Below are positions 19,596 to 30,752 of a stretch of 64,000 nucleotides of DNA, one piece after another. The stretch is from Candidatus Latescibacterota bacterium (GTDB lineage Bacteria > Latescibacterota > UBA2968 > UBA8231): NCBI GenBank assembly GCA_965248355.1, contig OZ252098.1:4864001-4928000 (forward strand). The letters are read 5' to 3'. Within the stretch, counting starts at the first letter, position 1. The number at the start of each line of letters is the position of its first letter. The position numbers and the translations under genes were made by a program. The notes beneath the pieces were generated by a model, which was not told the DNA's origin, made no database searches, and was given only the letters and a program-made list of their open reading frames with translations.

Positions 19596-22319
19596 TCAAA
19601 ACCCGTACTTCCGCCGCCGCCTCTCGAACGCCTCGCGGCCGCCTTCCAGAATCTCTTCAACGAGTTTGCGCACCGAAGGGGAATCGATCGAGCCGGTGTG
19701 CTCGGGCACGACACGCGCCTGCCCGCGGTCCGCCTCCCCGGCGGCTGATAGTCCGACGATCAGCTCGGCGTCACCGAGCACGGGAATGTTCGCGTTGTGG
19801 GTCGAGAAGATGAACTGCCTGCGCTGCTTCTCCTCGCGCATGCGCGGCACGATGCCTTCGGTGATGAAGCGGTTGTCGAGGTCGTCCTCGGGCTGGTCCA
19901 CGATCAGTGGGGCGCCTGATTCGAGGAGCAGAAGCAGGAGTACCGCAGTCGCCTTCTGTCCCGTTGAGAGCTCTTCCAGAAGTTGCCACGCCGGAGGCTC
20001 CCCCGCTGATACGGTGTTGAGGCGGATCGCCGTCGTGGGGGCGAGCTCCAGCTCTTCGATCCGCATGAGCACCTCGGCCTCGCCGCCCGCGAGCCGTTCC
20101 GCCTGACCCGGGGTGATTCCGTACGTCCGGCGGAGCGCGTCGGCGCCCGAGCGGCACGTTTCGACGAATTGCGTCAGGGACAGTTCGGAGGCGTTTCGCA
20201 GACTTTCGATGCACTCCGACATGCGCCCGCCGATCTCGTCCCGCAGCAGCTTGAAGAGCGGCTCACGGTCTCCGGCGCCCGTCACCTCCACCTGTACGCG
20301 GCCGCGAAGCTCCTGGCTCACCTTCCTTGCCGCTTCATCCAGGTTGCGGAACTCGGCGGCCTTGACGTCCTCCCATTCGGCCAGCAGCGTACGGCGCCGA
20401 CCGGCGTGCTCGTTCTCCAGCCGGCGCACGAGCACAAGGCGCTCTTGAAGTGGGCGCAGTTCCTCGATCTGGCGGCGAAGGCGGATGAACTCCTCCCCGT
20501 CCACGCCTGACTTTTGCAGTTCTCGCAAAATCCTCTCGTACTCTGCCTGAACCTGTTGCCGTCGTACGTCCCAGTTGGTCCGCAACCGTTCGACGTCGTG
20601 GTCTGCGCGCGTTAACGCTTGGTCCAGACTCTCCGCACTGCCCCGGATGGCCCCCTCCAATTCAGAGAGCGTTCCAGTCGCTTGGGAGAGGATGTCGCGG
20701 CCAGGCAGGCCCTCGAGGGCCCGTTTCGACAGGAAGGCAAGGTCGATCGGCAGCTCTCTTCGCAGCATCTCCAGCGCCTCGTGAAACGGCGCCAGCCGCT
20801 CGGGAACCGAATCGAGCACCCGTTCCTCGCGCACGAGCAGGCTCTGCTCGCGCAGGCGTTCCTCGAGGCCCACTTCCTGGAATCGCTCGAGCGTTTGCTC
20901 CAATCCGGGAAGGGCGGCGAGACGCTCTTCAACCGACGCGATCTCAGCGCGCGCGTCGCACAAGGCACTGCGGTTCCGGGCAAGGTCCCGGCTCAACGAC
21001 GCCTTGCGGCGAGATAGGGACTCATCGGGCGCGACGAAGCGGTCGAGCAACCGGGTGAGTTTGTCGGGGCTTCTCGCAAGCTCCGAGATCTCGTGTTGGC
21101 CGTAGGCTTCGATTCTCGGGAGAATGTCCGTTGGCGCGAGATGCAGTACCGTGCCGTTCTCCCCGCGGACCAGCGGCGGATTGGGAATGGTCCGCTCGAT
21201 GCGATACTCGTGAAGCCCAGGGCGGCGCACGCGGACGAGCAGGGAGATTTTGGTTCCGTTGCGCAGCACGTGGCCCACGATCCCATCATGCGCCTTGCGC
21301 GCCTCGTCGCCGATCGGTTCAAGTCCGAGCGCACTGCGGATGCTCTCGACAACGGTCGACTTCCCGGCGCCGCGGCCCCCGACGAGAACGTTCAGATTGG
21401 GATTGAGGCGCACGGTCACGCCGTCGAGGAAACCGCCTTCCCACCCGACCGTGACGATCTCCATGTGCTCGTCGGGCGCAAACGCGCCTTCCTTGGTATT
21501 CAGGCGAATGCGCGAGCCCGGGTCCAGGAAGGCTTGGCGCAGCCCGTCTATGGAAACCTCCTGCATCTTGATCCAGCAGGTCGCCGAGGGCGCCTCAAGG
21601 TCGCCGGGCTCCACGATGTCCTTTGCGTTGACGACAGCGACTGCAACGCCGTCTTCGGGTGTGTGACCACGGCGGTAGTCGGGGTTCCGGTTCTCGAGGA
21701 TCTCGCGAATGTTCGGCTGCAGATCATCGGTGACGCCGGGGATCTGGACGGCGAGGAGGTTCTCATCCCGCCATGCGCGGATCCTCGGCTGACCCGACAG
21801 GACCTTGAAGAGGCCACCATCGTTGGTGACATGCGCCGCAATGGCAACTCCGCCCTGGCTGTCAACGGCCGCCAGGATCTCCGCAAATGCCTTGGCGGCG
21901 GGCTCACTGGACGGGGTCGTTTCGCGGACGCCGAATTCTCCAAGGTACCGGCCGAGTTGGTCGTCGCCTGTATCCGGCGGGTACAGGCACAACAGATGCA
22001 CGCCCTCGGAAGAGGACAACTCGAACCCGGGGAACATGCGAATCGGACGGTTGCGCGACGCGGCTTGAAACGCCGCAACGCCCTCTACGTTGTTGTGATC
22101 CGTGATGGCCAGCACCTCGATGCCCGCTTGCACGGCCTTGTCAACGATCTTCCGGGCATGGCAGAGCGCGTCTCCTTGGGCAGCCTGCCCCCGATAGGTC
22201 CGGGCATAGTGGTGCGGATTCACCTGCAGTGCGCACCGATAGAAACGCGCGCCACCGGGGGGCTGAGCCGTCATGCCAGCGGCGTCCTCGCCCAACCGCA
22301 AGGGGACAGTCCTTGTCAT
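19596..22319 (-). CDS. PHP-domain plus coiled-coil ABC/SMC-type ATPase (TrlF-like / Ppl-like defence protein)
   Basis: N-terminal AITDHN, GFELSSSEGVHLL, IAAHV; Walker A GGRGAGKS; long coiled coil; signature LSTGQK; Walker B LIVDQPEDDLD; STHN. Confidence 0.88.
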   Translation of the reverse strand: MTRTVPLRLGEDAAGMTAQPPGGARFYRCALQVNPHHYARTYRGQAAQGDALCHARKIVDKAVQAGIEVLAITDHNNVEGVAAFQAASRNRPIRMFPGFELSSSEGVHLLCLYPPDTGDDQLGRYLGEFGVRETTPSSEPAAKAFAEILAAVDSQGGVAIAAHVTNDGGLFKVLSGQPRIRAWRDENLLAVQIPGVTDDLQPNIREILENRNPDYRRGHTPEDGVAVAVVNAKDIVEPGDLEAPSATCWIKMQEVSIDGLRQAFLDPGSRIRLNTKEGAFAPDEHMEIVTVGWEGGFLDGVTVRLNPNLNVLVGGRGAGKSTVVESIRSALGLEPIGDEARKAHDGIVGHVLRNGTKISLLVRVRRPGLHEYRIERTIPNPPLVRGENGTVLHLAPTDILPRIEAYGQHEISELARSPDKLTRLLDRFVAPDESLSRRKASLSRDLARNRSALCDARAEIASVEERLAALPGLEQTLERFQEVGLEERLREQSLLVREERVLDSVPERLAPFHEALEMLRRELPIDLAFLSKRALEGLPGRDILSQATGTLSELEGAIRGSAESLDQALTRADHDVERLRTNWDVRRQQVQAEYERILRELQKSGVDGEEFIRLRRQIEELRPLQERLVLVRRLENEHAGRRRTLLAEWEDVKAAEFRNLDEAARKVSQELRGRVQVEVTGAGDREPLFKLLRDEIGGRMSECIESLRNASELSLTQFVETCRSGADALRRTYGITPGQAERLAGGEAEVLMRIEELELAPTTAIRLNTVSAGEPPAWQLLEELSTGQKATAVLLLLLLESGAPLIVDQPEDDLDNRFITEGIVPRMREEKQRRQFIFSTHNANIPVLGDAELIVGLSAAGEADRGQARVVPEHTGSIDSPSVRKLVEEILEGGREAFERRRRKYGF

Positions 22320-22642
22320 GCTTCCTCCGGTTCTGTCGGCTTCGCGTCAGGGCGCCCACGCTGCTCGAACCGCAGGGTCACGCCGCAGGCCGCGGCGATC
22401 TTGGTCACGGTTCCCAATCGGGGGTCCCGGTTTCCCGACAAGCCGCGGGAGAGAGCCACGCGGTCGACGTCGGCTTTCCGCGCGATGGCTGAAACACCTC
22501 CCTGGGCCGCCGCGACGTTCCGAAACGCCTTCATCAAGAGGCGCGGGTCGCCATCCGATTCCTCGATCGCGGCGTTGAGGTACGCTGCGACATCCTCCGG
22601 TGTCCGGAGGTGCTCACTGGCTTCACGGGCTCTGACGGGCAT
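22316..22642 (-). CDS. Addiction-module antidote HTH protein (HI1420-like), orphan
   Basis: ASEHLRTPEDVAAYLNAAIEE.DGDP..L..A.RNVA.AQGG...IA...L...LS....P.L.T pattern; its stop overlaps the PHP-ATPase start. Confidence 0.85.
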   Translation of the reverse strand: MPVRAREASEHLRTPEDVAAYLNAAIEESDGDPRLLMKAFRNVAAAQGGVSAIARKADVDRVALSRGLSGNRDPRLGTVTKIAAACGVTLRFEQRGRPDAKPTEPEEA

Positions 22643-22796
22643 GCCGGTTCTCCTCCAACCGCGACACTACGACATAGTGGACGATCCTGACCGCATCCTT
22701 TGTAGCCGTTTGGCTACACTGTGTCAAGTGGCAGGGGCGTGTCGAGAGCGGCGCTTCTCGGCTCGAATTGTTCATTGGTGATATGTATGCTGAGCC

Positions 22797-22887
22797 TTGC
22801 TCCTCGCCAGCGGCGACCAAGACGTTGCAGGCGACGGACATCCGCCGGGCTCAAGACTACTGGCGAGACTATCCGGAGAGGGCGTGA
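22797..22887 (+). pseudogene. 3' remnant of an addiction-module killer (RelE/HigB-like) toxin
   Basis: LLLASGD-(frameshift)-KTLQATDIRRAQDYWRDYPERA* matches the typical LLL.GGDK..Q..DI..A..YW.DY C-terminus and ends 1 nt before the antitoxin ATG. Confidence 0.65.
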
Positions 22888-22888
22888 C

Positions 22889-23251
22889 ATGGCACGACGC
22901 AGTCGAGACTGGAACGAAGGACTGGCGCAGGACCTGCGCGACCCGGACTTCGCACGCGAATTCCTTCTCGCCGCCATGGACGAGGGACTGCCAGTCCAGA
23001 CCGCCCTTGGAAAGGTGATTCGGGCCATGGGCGTCAAGGAGTTCGGCGAGCGGGCGGGGATGGCGGGTCCGAACGTCCTGCGTGCGATTCACCCGCGGCA
23101 CAACCCGACGCAGGCCACGTTGAACCGGTTGCTCAAGCCGTTCCAACTACGGCTGAGTCTGGCTCGGCTCGAAGGTCCCGAAGGGCCCCACTCCGGGATG
23201 CCTTCATCAACAGCCGAGGGTCGCCAGCCGCTTCCTCGATCACGGCGTTGA
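22889..23251 (+). CDS. HTH antitoxin (addiction-module antidote-like)
   Basis: MARRSRDWNEGLAQDLRDPDFAREFLLAAMDEG...ALGKVIRAMGVKEF...NPTQATLNRLLKPF; GGAGAG RBS. Confidence 0.8.
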   Translation: MARRSRDWNEGLAQDLRDPDFAREFLLAAMDEGLPVQTALGKVIRAMGVKEFGERAGMAGPNVLRAIHPRHNPTQATLNRLLKPFQLRLSLARLEGPEGPHSGMPSSTAEGRQPLPRSRR

Positions 23252-23295
23252 GGTACGCCGCGACTGTCCTCCGGTGGCCGGAGGTACTCGCTGGG
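23197..23295 (-). repeat. Decayed duplicate of the 5' part of the antidote gene (about 22522..22622)
   Basis: gccttcatcaacagccgagggtcgccagccgcttcctcgatcacggcgttgaggtacgccgcgac aligns with gccttcatcaagaggcgcgggtcgccatccgattcctcgatcgcggcgttgaggtacgctgcgac. Confidence 0.85.
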
Positions 23296-23389
23296 CAGGT
23301 GCGTGTCGACCCTGCGATCGCCGCCCTGCCCGGCTCCCGAGCGGCGCGGTGAGGAGCTGTCTCCCCGGTGCTTGCCCCGCTCCCGTCGC

Positions 23390-23432
23390 ATTCCCCGAGG
23401 TGGAGCCCGTTCCGCTGGCCTGGGGGTCATGC
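23390..23432 (-). repeat. Strongly decayed duplicate of the hsdR 5' end
   Basis: cgaggtggagcccgttccgctggcctgggggtcatgc versus hsdR cgaggtggagctcgttccagccggtggtcttgggggtcatgc. Confidence 0.7.
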
Positions 23433-23440
23433 CGACGATC

Positions 23441-24427
23441 TCACTGCGTGATGTAGAAACTCCGTTGGAAACTCTCCCTGCTCTCGACCGCTATGCCGTA
23501 CTCCAGGGCCTTCTTTACCTTGCCGGTCGGCTTGGCGTCGGCGTCTGCGACGAGCAGTGTCGTGACCTTCTTGGAGATCCCGCTGGCAACCGTTCCCCCG
23601 GCGTTCGTAATCCTCGCCGCCAGCACTTCGTCCCGGAACCCGGTGAAGACGAACACCTGACCGCTGAGGTCTGCGTCATGCGCGACTTCTGCAGGCGCCG
23701 GGGCCTCGTCTGTCGGCTCCAATGGCGCGAGACTGATGCTGCCGCCGAGGAGCCCGCGAACCGCCCGATACACCCCCAGCGTCGCGTGGCAGTCCTCGAG
23801 CGCGCGGTGGCTGCCCTGGACAGGGACATCGAGCTCTTCGGCTACGGCCGCCAGCCCGTACGGCCCGCCTAGCGGCACTCGTCGCGCCATGCGCATGGTG
23901 CACACCCATTCGTTCTCGGCGAAGGTCATCCCCATGAGCCGGGCATTGTGCTCCAGAAACCTGCGGTCGAAGTGGGCATTGTGCGCGACGATCGGGGCAT
24001 CGTCGACGAAAGCGGCGACTCGCGGCAGCACTTCGTCTATGGTGTCCGCCTCCGCCACCATTTCGTTGGTGATGCCGGTCAGCTCACGAATCTGCTTGGG
24101 GATGTTTCCCGAGGGACGTACGGACTCGTTCAGCACCCGTTCGCGCGTAGATCCATTTTGGGTCTCGCTGCGGATGACCGCGATTTCGATGATCGCGTCA
24201 CGCTCCGGGTTCAGTCCGGTCGTCTCGATGTCAAGGACACAGAACGGAGACCCATCGTCGTCGGGCTCGTCCGGCTCGACGGGGCGCTCGACCATAGGGC
24301 GCCGCCGGCCGCGGGCGGTGAAGTCGGTTGAGTCATCGGTTCCGACATCCTGTATGCCGATGGTTCCGATGCCGGCCACAAAGCCAACCGCGAGCACCTG
24401 TCGCGCCTTGTCGGTGAGCGTCATCAT
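23441..24427 (-). CDS. DEDDh 3'-5' exonuclease (DnaQ-like) with C-terminal BRCT domain and hydrophobic N-terminus
   Basis: VLDIETTG, VAHNAHFD, HRALEDC; BRCT LSGQVFVFTGFRD...GGTVASGISKKVTTLL...KVKKALEYGI. Confidence 0.88.
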   Translation of the reverse strand: MMTLTDKARQVLAVGFVAGIGTIGIQDVGTDDSTDFTARGRRRPMVERPVEPDEPDDDGSPFCVLDIETTGLNPERDAIIEIAVIRSETQNGSTRERVLNESVRPSGNIPKQIRELTGITNEMVAEADTIDEVLPRVAAFVDDAPIVAHNAHFDRRFLEHNARLMGMTFAENEWVCTMRMARRVPLGGPYGLAAVAEELDVPVQGSHRALEDCHATLGVYRAVRGLLGGSISLAPLEPTDEAPAPAEVAHDADLSGQVFVFTGFRDEVLAARITNAGGTVASGISKKVTTLLVADADAKPTGKVKKALEYGIAVESRESFQRSFYITQ

Positions 24428-24504
24428 CGGTCCTGCACATGCAGCCTATGGCGCTGGGCGGGAAGTGTCGCCGCTGATTGGGTCAGCAGAACTCCCGGCG
24501 TAGG

Positions 24505-24577
24505 AGGCGAACTCGACGGCGGAGTTCTCTGCGTGGTGGAACTCGTCCCAGCCGGTTGCCTTTGGGGTCATGCGGGT
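24505..24577 (-). repeat. Decayed hsdR 5' end still overlapping the hsdS stop (original hsdS-hsdR junction)
   Basis: ATG at 24571 overlaps the hsdS TGA and reads MTPKATGWDEFHHAENSAVE versus hsdR MTPKTTGWNELHLAENPAVE. Confidence 0.9.
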
Positions 24578-25825
24578 TCGGGATCCGGGGTGACGCGAAG
24601 CTCGCCGGTGAGGAGGACGGACATGAGGGCGGACTTGATGATCGTGAGCTGGTCGACTCGGTTCTGTTCGGCTCCTACTCTGCGTTGTATCGAGTCCAAC
24701 ATCGATACTATTGTCGCCTGTTCCTCCACCGACGGCACGGGAATAACTGTCGCCAGCAGACTCCCCCGGCTGATGTTGACTTGGCTCACCCCAGGTGTTG
24801 CGGTGGAACGAAGCCTCTTCTGCATCGCCGGAGTATTGAGCAGGTAGGAAAGCCAATAGCCAGTTCCCAGTCTGGGTTTTACCCGAAGGCGCAGCAGATA
24901 CGACGCGAACGATACTCTCTCCTGGTGATCGAAAACCCCAACCTTTCCGACTAGTTCGGCACTGTTGGTTCGATTGAAGAGTACCTCACCGCTGGATAGT
25001 AGGAGTTCTTTGGGGATTCTTTCCACTGCTAGGTACTTCACATCATCCAAGCTTACCCTACCTTCCCGGAGATTGCCCATTCGCAATATGGGTATCCCGC
25101 TGTCGTTGCCTTGCAAGCTGTCCGACGTTCCGTAATCGCAACTGGCAATTTCGCCGATACTGCTGGTTCGCCATTCCTCCGGTATCTCTCCAATCTCCGT
25201 TTGCTTGAACCGCGTGTGCCGGTCCGGCAGGCCCCGCGTGAGCAGCTCTTCCATCAGGCCGCGCTTGACGACCTGCACTTGGTCGATGACCGCCTGGGTC
25301 TTCTCGATGGCGTCGTCCACCGAGGAGAGGATGGCGGCAATCTTGTGCTGCTCGGGAAGAGGCGGAAGCGGTATTCCGACGCGCGCGATGTCACCCACGC
25401 GTAAACCGAATCTTGTAATGCCATTCGCATACCTATGAAACTGCCGCTTGGCATTACTCGTGCGGAGAGCATAGCGCAGATATTCGCCGTCTAGTGCCGA
25501 TTTCAGGGGGCGCAGGATTGCGAGATGGTAGCCACAAATCACATCAGCTACTTGCTCGCGAACCACCGCAGGGACGCCGATATCATCAGGCGTCTCCGAA
25601 TCTTTGGTAATGATCACATCGCCCACCTGCAATCTGCAATTCCGTATTTCGCGTTCCGTGGCTGTCGCCTCCATGTATACCAAACCAGAGTGGAGGACGC
25701 TGTTGTTGTATACGTCAGAGTAGTTGCAAAGCCTGACTTTCTTTTCTCCGGGTGCAATCTTCTTGTCGACGCTGCTAAGGCGCAGGTCGACAATATCAGC
25801 CAAGGTAGCCGTAGGCCAACCTTCG

Positions 25826-25839
<14 letters not shown>
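24568..25839 (-). CDS. hsdS: Type I restriction-modification specificity subunit S
   Basis: Two low-GC TRDs separated by the conserved IPLPPLPEQHKIAAILSSVDDAIE...GLMEELLTRG...FKQTEIGEIPEEW; ends KSALMSVLLTGELRV. Confidence 0.95.
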
Positions 25840-27670
<1,831 letters not shown>

Positions 27671-27725
27671 TGGATGGTATCCTGCGCCGTCCCCGGACCG
27701 AACCGCGGCCTGAGTTCAAGTCGCC

Positions 27726-29570
27726 TCAGAGGTCTGTCTCGGCCTCGGCTTCAGGCGGGGAGATGAACAGTGGAACCCGTGACTTGTCGCCATTGATCAA
27801 GGCGTCGATCTCCTCCAGATCGGCAAGGAACTGGTCGGCATGCACTCGGCAATAGCGCCAGCAGCTGAACTCGGGCGCCTTGCCGATGGCCGCAATGGCT
27901 CGCTGTGCCTCATGCGAAGCGCGACCAGCTGCCATTGCGTCCCCGATGGCCCAAGAGGCAACTGCCATGCACTGGTAGTAGCTTGGTCCTCTGTCTCTCT
28001 CGATGCCCATCTGATCGAGGTGCGCAACTCGAGAGAATGGTCCAGGCTCGACTGTGCCGGACTCGCCCCAGATGGCCATTCCATAGTTGAAGGCATCCTG
28101 CACATCCATCTCATCGATGCACTCGTCGGGAGCCCGGAACAGTCCTGCGGCTTCCGAGCATCTTCCAAGGGCCATGTATGCCAGCCCCAGTTCGTTCCTT
28201 GCGGCCTTGAGCTTTGTCTCAGGCATGTCGCCCTGATGAATAATCCGCAACCAAATGGGCACGGCGATTCTCATCTGGGACGAAGATCGATCCAGCGTCC
28301 TTGCGAGCCACATCTGCTCATCGAAATCCAGGGCTTTGACGGCTGCCGAGTCAGCAATGTCGTCCGGCCCGCACGAGCGTACCCGAGAGATTGCCTCCCT
28401 CACCATCGGTGGACGCACGGCCTCTTGGGACTCCAGAACCCGGAGGGCGTCTTCCTCTGCACCCTCGGGATCATCGCTGCGTGCCCGAATGCGAGCCCTC
28501 GCCAAGTAGGCATCCGGTTGGTCATAGCCGGCATCCATTGCGCGCGACACCAGGGAAGCCGCCAGATCAGGCTGGCCGTCCCTTTCCCGGAGCTCCGAGA
28601 GACGGAACAGGATCTCCCCGTCCTCCGGGTGGGAAGTCTCAATCCTGCGAAGCATGTCCTCTCTAGTCTCCATCGACTCATGCCGCCCCTGGCGCGCGGG
28701 ATTGCCCACCCGGAGGATATAGTCGAGGGCGCCATCGCGGTCGTCCCAGTTGCGTCCGGCGATCTCCCGGACGAGGGCCCGGTACTCCCGCGCCAATCGA
28801 CTTCTCGGACGATCCTTGGTAAACACGACCTGGTTCAGGAGGGATAGGCTGTCATAGCGATGGACGATCATCGGGGCGCGCCGGAAGAGGAGCTGTTCCT
28901 GAAACGCCTTGATCTTGTCGTCCAGGATCTTGTCTTCGTCGTCCAGGTCTGGAACGTTGGACATGACGAAGTGGAGCTCGATGGGCTTGTTGCGCGGTTC
29001 CCCCGATTCGGCGCGAATGTCCGCGACGACGCGTCTCAACCCGCGCAGGTTCTGTTCGTTCGGGAAGAAAAGGATCACCACGGCGTCGGGAAGCTGCCGG
29101 GTACAGATGCCACCCGTGTCGGTATGCCCTGTCCGTGAGTCAACCAGGACATAGTCAGGCCTGAGGACACGGTTCCATTGCTCCTTGAGATCCTCGAACA
29201 AAAGGTAACCGTCCCGCTCCTCGTATAGCAGGGCCCAGTCGATCTGCTGGAAGTTCGCAGCGTATGTCTCGGGACGCCCTGACGGCATTATCCACAGCCC
29301 GCCGGCCAGTTGGCCGACTGAGGCTTCGCTGATGAACCGGCCGGCTTCGGGGGCCTGCCCCGAATCGAGATACTCGCTGACGAAGTCGATGATCCCGGGG
29401 ACCGGTTCCCGGGGCTGCATGGCCTCGAAGGTATCGAGTCCGGGCGCCTCCAGGTCGAAGTCCACCGCCAGTACCCGACGACCCTTGTTGGCGAGCTCAA
29501 GGGCTGTGTTTACCAAGGCCATCGTGCGGCCCACGCCTCCCTTGAAGGAGTAGAAGGTCGCTATGTACAT
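27726..29570 (-). CDS. ParA/MinD-like ATPase, KGGVGR-motif variant, with C-terminal TPR-like helical repeats
   Basis: TFYSFKGGVGRTMAL, VDFDLEAPGL, YVLVDSRTG; C-terminal Ala/Leu helices such as AYLARARI and LGLAYMALGR.SEAA. Confidence 0.85.
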   Translation of the reverse strand: MYIATFYSFKGGVGRTMALVNTALELANKGRRVLAVDFDLEAPGLDTFEAMQPREPVPGIIDFVSEYLDSGQAPEAGRFISEASVGQLAGGLWIMPSGRPETYAANFQQIDWALLYEERDGYLLFEDLKEQWNRVLRPDYVLVDSRTGHTDTGGICTRQLPDAVVILFFPNEQNLRGLRRVVADIRAESGEPRNKPIELHFVMSNVPDLDDEDKILDDKIKAFQEQLLFRRAPMIVHRYDSLSLLNQVVFTKDRPRSRLAREYRALVREIAGRNWDDRDGALDYILRVGNPARQGRHESMETREDMLRRIETSHPEDGEILFRLSELRERDGQPDLAASLVSRAMDAGYDQPDAYLARARIRARSDDPEGAEEDALRVLESQEAVRPPMVREAISRVRSCGPDDIADSAAVKALDFDEQMWLARTLDRSSSQMRIAVPIWLRIIHQGDMPETKLKAARNELGLAYMALGRCSEAAGLFRAPDECIDEMDVQDAFNYGMAIWGESGTVEPGPFSRVAHLDQMGIERDRGPSYYQCMAVASWAIGDAMAAGRASHEAQRAIAAIGKAPEFSCWRYCRVHADQFLADLEEIDALINGDKSRVPLFISPPEAEAETDL

Positions 29571-29574
29571 GGCA

Positions 29575-30135
29575 TCACGCCGCGGGCCTCAAACGGAAGT
29601 GGGCCTGGTCTCTGCGCATGGCCTCGGTGACTTCCAGCGTCCGGAATGGGCTGGGTACAGCCGTTGACACCGGTCGGGAGAGTGATCCTCCATCCGCCAG
29701 GTCCTCGAGATGCTTCATGATCCCGGGCAGTGCCACAAGCCGGATGTACCGGTCGTTTCCCTGGGTCTGGATCGTGAGTCCATTCTCCCAGCGATTGAGG
29801 GACGCTTCCCCGAGCCCGGTCACTTCGGCGAATTTCGCGCGCGTCATCCCGTAGCTCTCTCTGATGCGTCGAATCTCGCCGGGTGAGAGCACACCGAAGT
29901 GCTGGCAGACCGCCTCGTGCTTGAGTCGCTCCGCTTCTTGGTCAAGATACTGGAAGTCGCAGGAGGTGCAGCGACGCAACGGCACATCGACCGTCAACTC
30001 GACACCGGACTTATCGGAGCCGTAGGTGAATGTGTGGCGATGCGCCAGAGTCCTGACCGCGGCGGTTCCGCATTGGGGGCACTCAGGATCCCCGTGGCCA
30101 AGGCTTGGGCTCGGTGTTGCTTGATGCGATTCCAT
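29575..30135 (-). CDS. MqsA-family antitoxin (Zn ribbon plus XRE HTH) with C-terminal tail
   Basis: CPQC...CTSC, then LSPGEIRRIRESYGMTRAKFAEVTGLGEASLNRWENG. Confidence 0.9.
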   Translation of the reverse strand: MESHQATPSPSLGHGDPECPQCGTAAVRTLAHRHTFTYGSDKSGVELTVDVPLRRCTSCDFQYLDQEAERLKHEAVCQHFGVLSPGEIRRIRESYGMTRAKFAEVTGLGEASLNRWENGLTIQTQGNDRYIRLVALPGIMKHLEDLADGGSLSRPVSTAVPSPFRTLEVTEAMRRDQAHFRLRPAA

Positions 30136-30143
30136 GGTAGCGC

Positions 30144-30497
30144 TCAGGTGTCCCGTTCCGAGTAGTGAAAGCTCCTTCCGATGATCTTGCCGGATCCCAG
30201 TTGGAGCTTGACGTAGAGTTGGGGCTGTGCGGGTTCGAGGTCAATCTTCATCACGTAGCCTCTGGCTCCGGGTGGTTTCTCCAACTCGATTGCCTCCAAA
30301 GGGTGCCCGCTCTCGATCTTGGATGCGATCAGTTCCCAGGCGCTCGTATCCGTGAAGTGACTATCGAGTAGTCCATCCGGGTTCCGGACCTGTCCCGGAC
30401 GCCAGTCAGTCGGCTGGGCATAACTGAACGCAGTCACACGGGCCCTCTTCCTCCTTGCGAGCGTCACCAACTGGCGTCTCGTTGCATCGTCAATCAT
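30144..30497 (-). CDS. Putative MqsR-like (RelE-fold) toxin
   Basis: 117 aa directly upstream of mqsA; C-terminus LYVKLQL....IIGRSFH resembles the YIKL...SFH ending of MqsR-like RNases. Confidence 0.65.
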   Translation of the reverse strand: MIDDATRRQLVTLARRKRARVTAFSYAQPTDWRPGQVRNPDGLLDSHFTDTSAWELIASKIESGHPLEAIELEKPPGARGYVMKIDLEPAQPQLYVKLQLGSGKIIGRSFHYSERDT

Positions 30498-30752
30498 ATG
30501 ATATTCCAAGCAAACCACAAGCCCCTTTCTCGTTTCATATGATAGATTTCATGCGCGAGACCCGGCTCTCTCACCCGCTCAGGTGCTCACAAGTGCACTC
30601 TCGGTGGTCCCGGTTGCAGCTCCTGCGAGCCCGAGACCGCCCTCTCCGCGTCCCTGGCAGGCGTCAGTCGCGGGAATGGTCGTGGGCGATGTCGGGCAGA
30701 CCGACCGGCGAAGGGTGGGGAAACCAGGCGGCCCGAGAGCTCCCAGGCCCTT

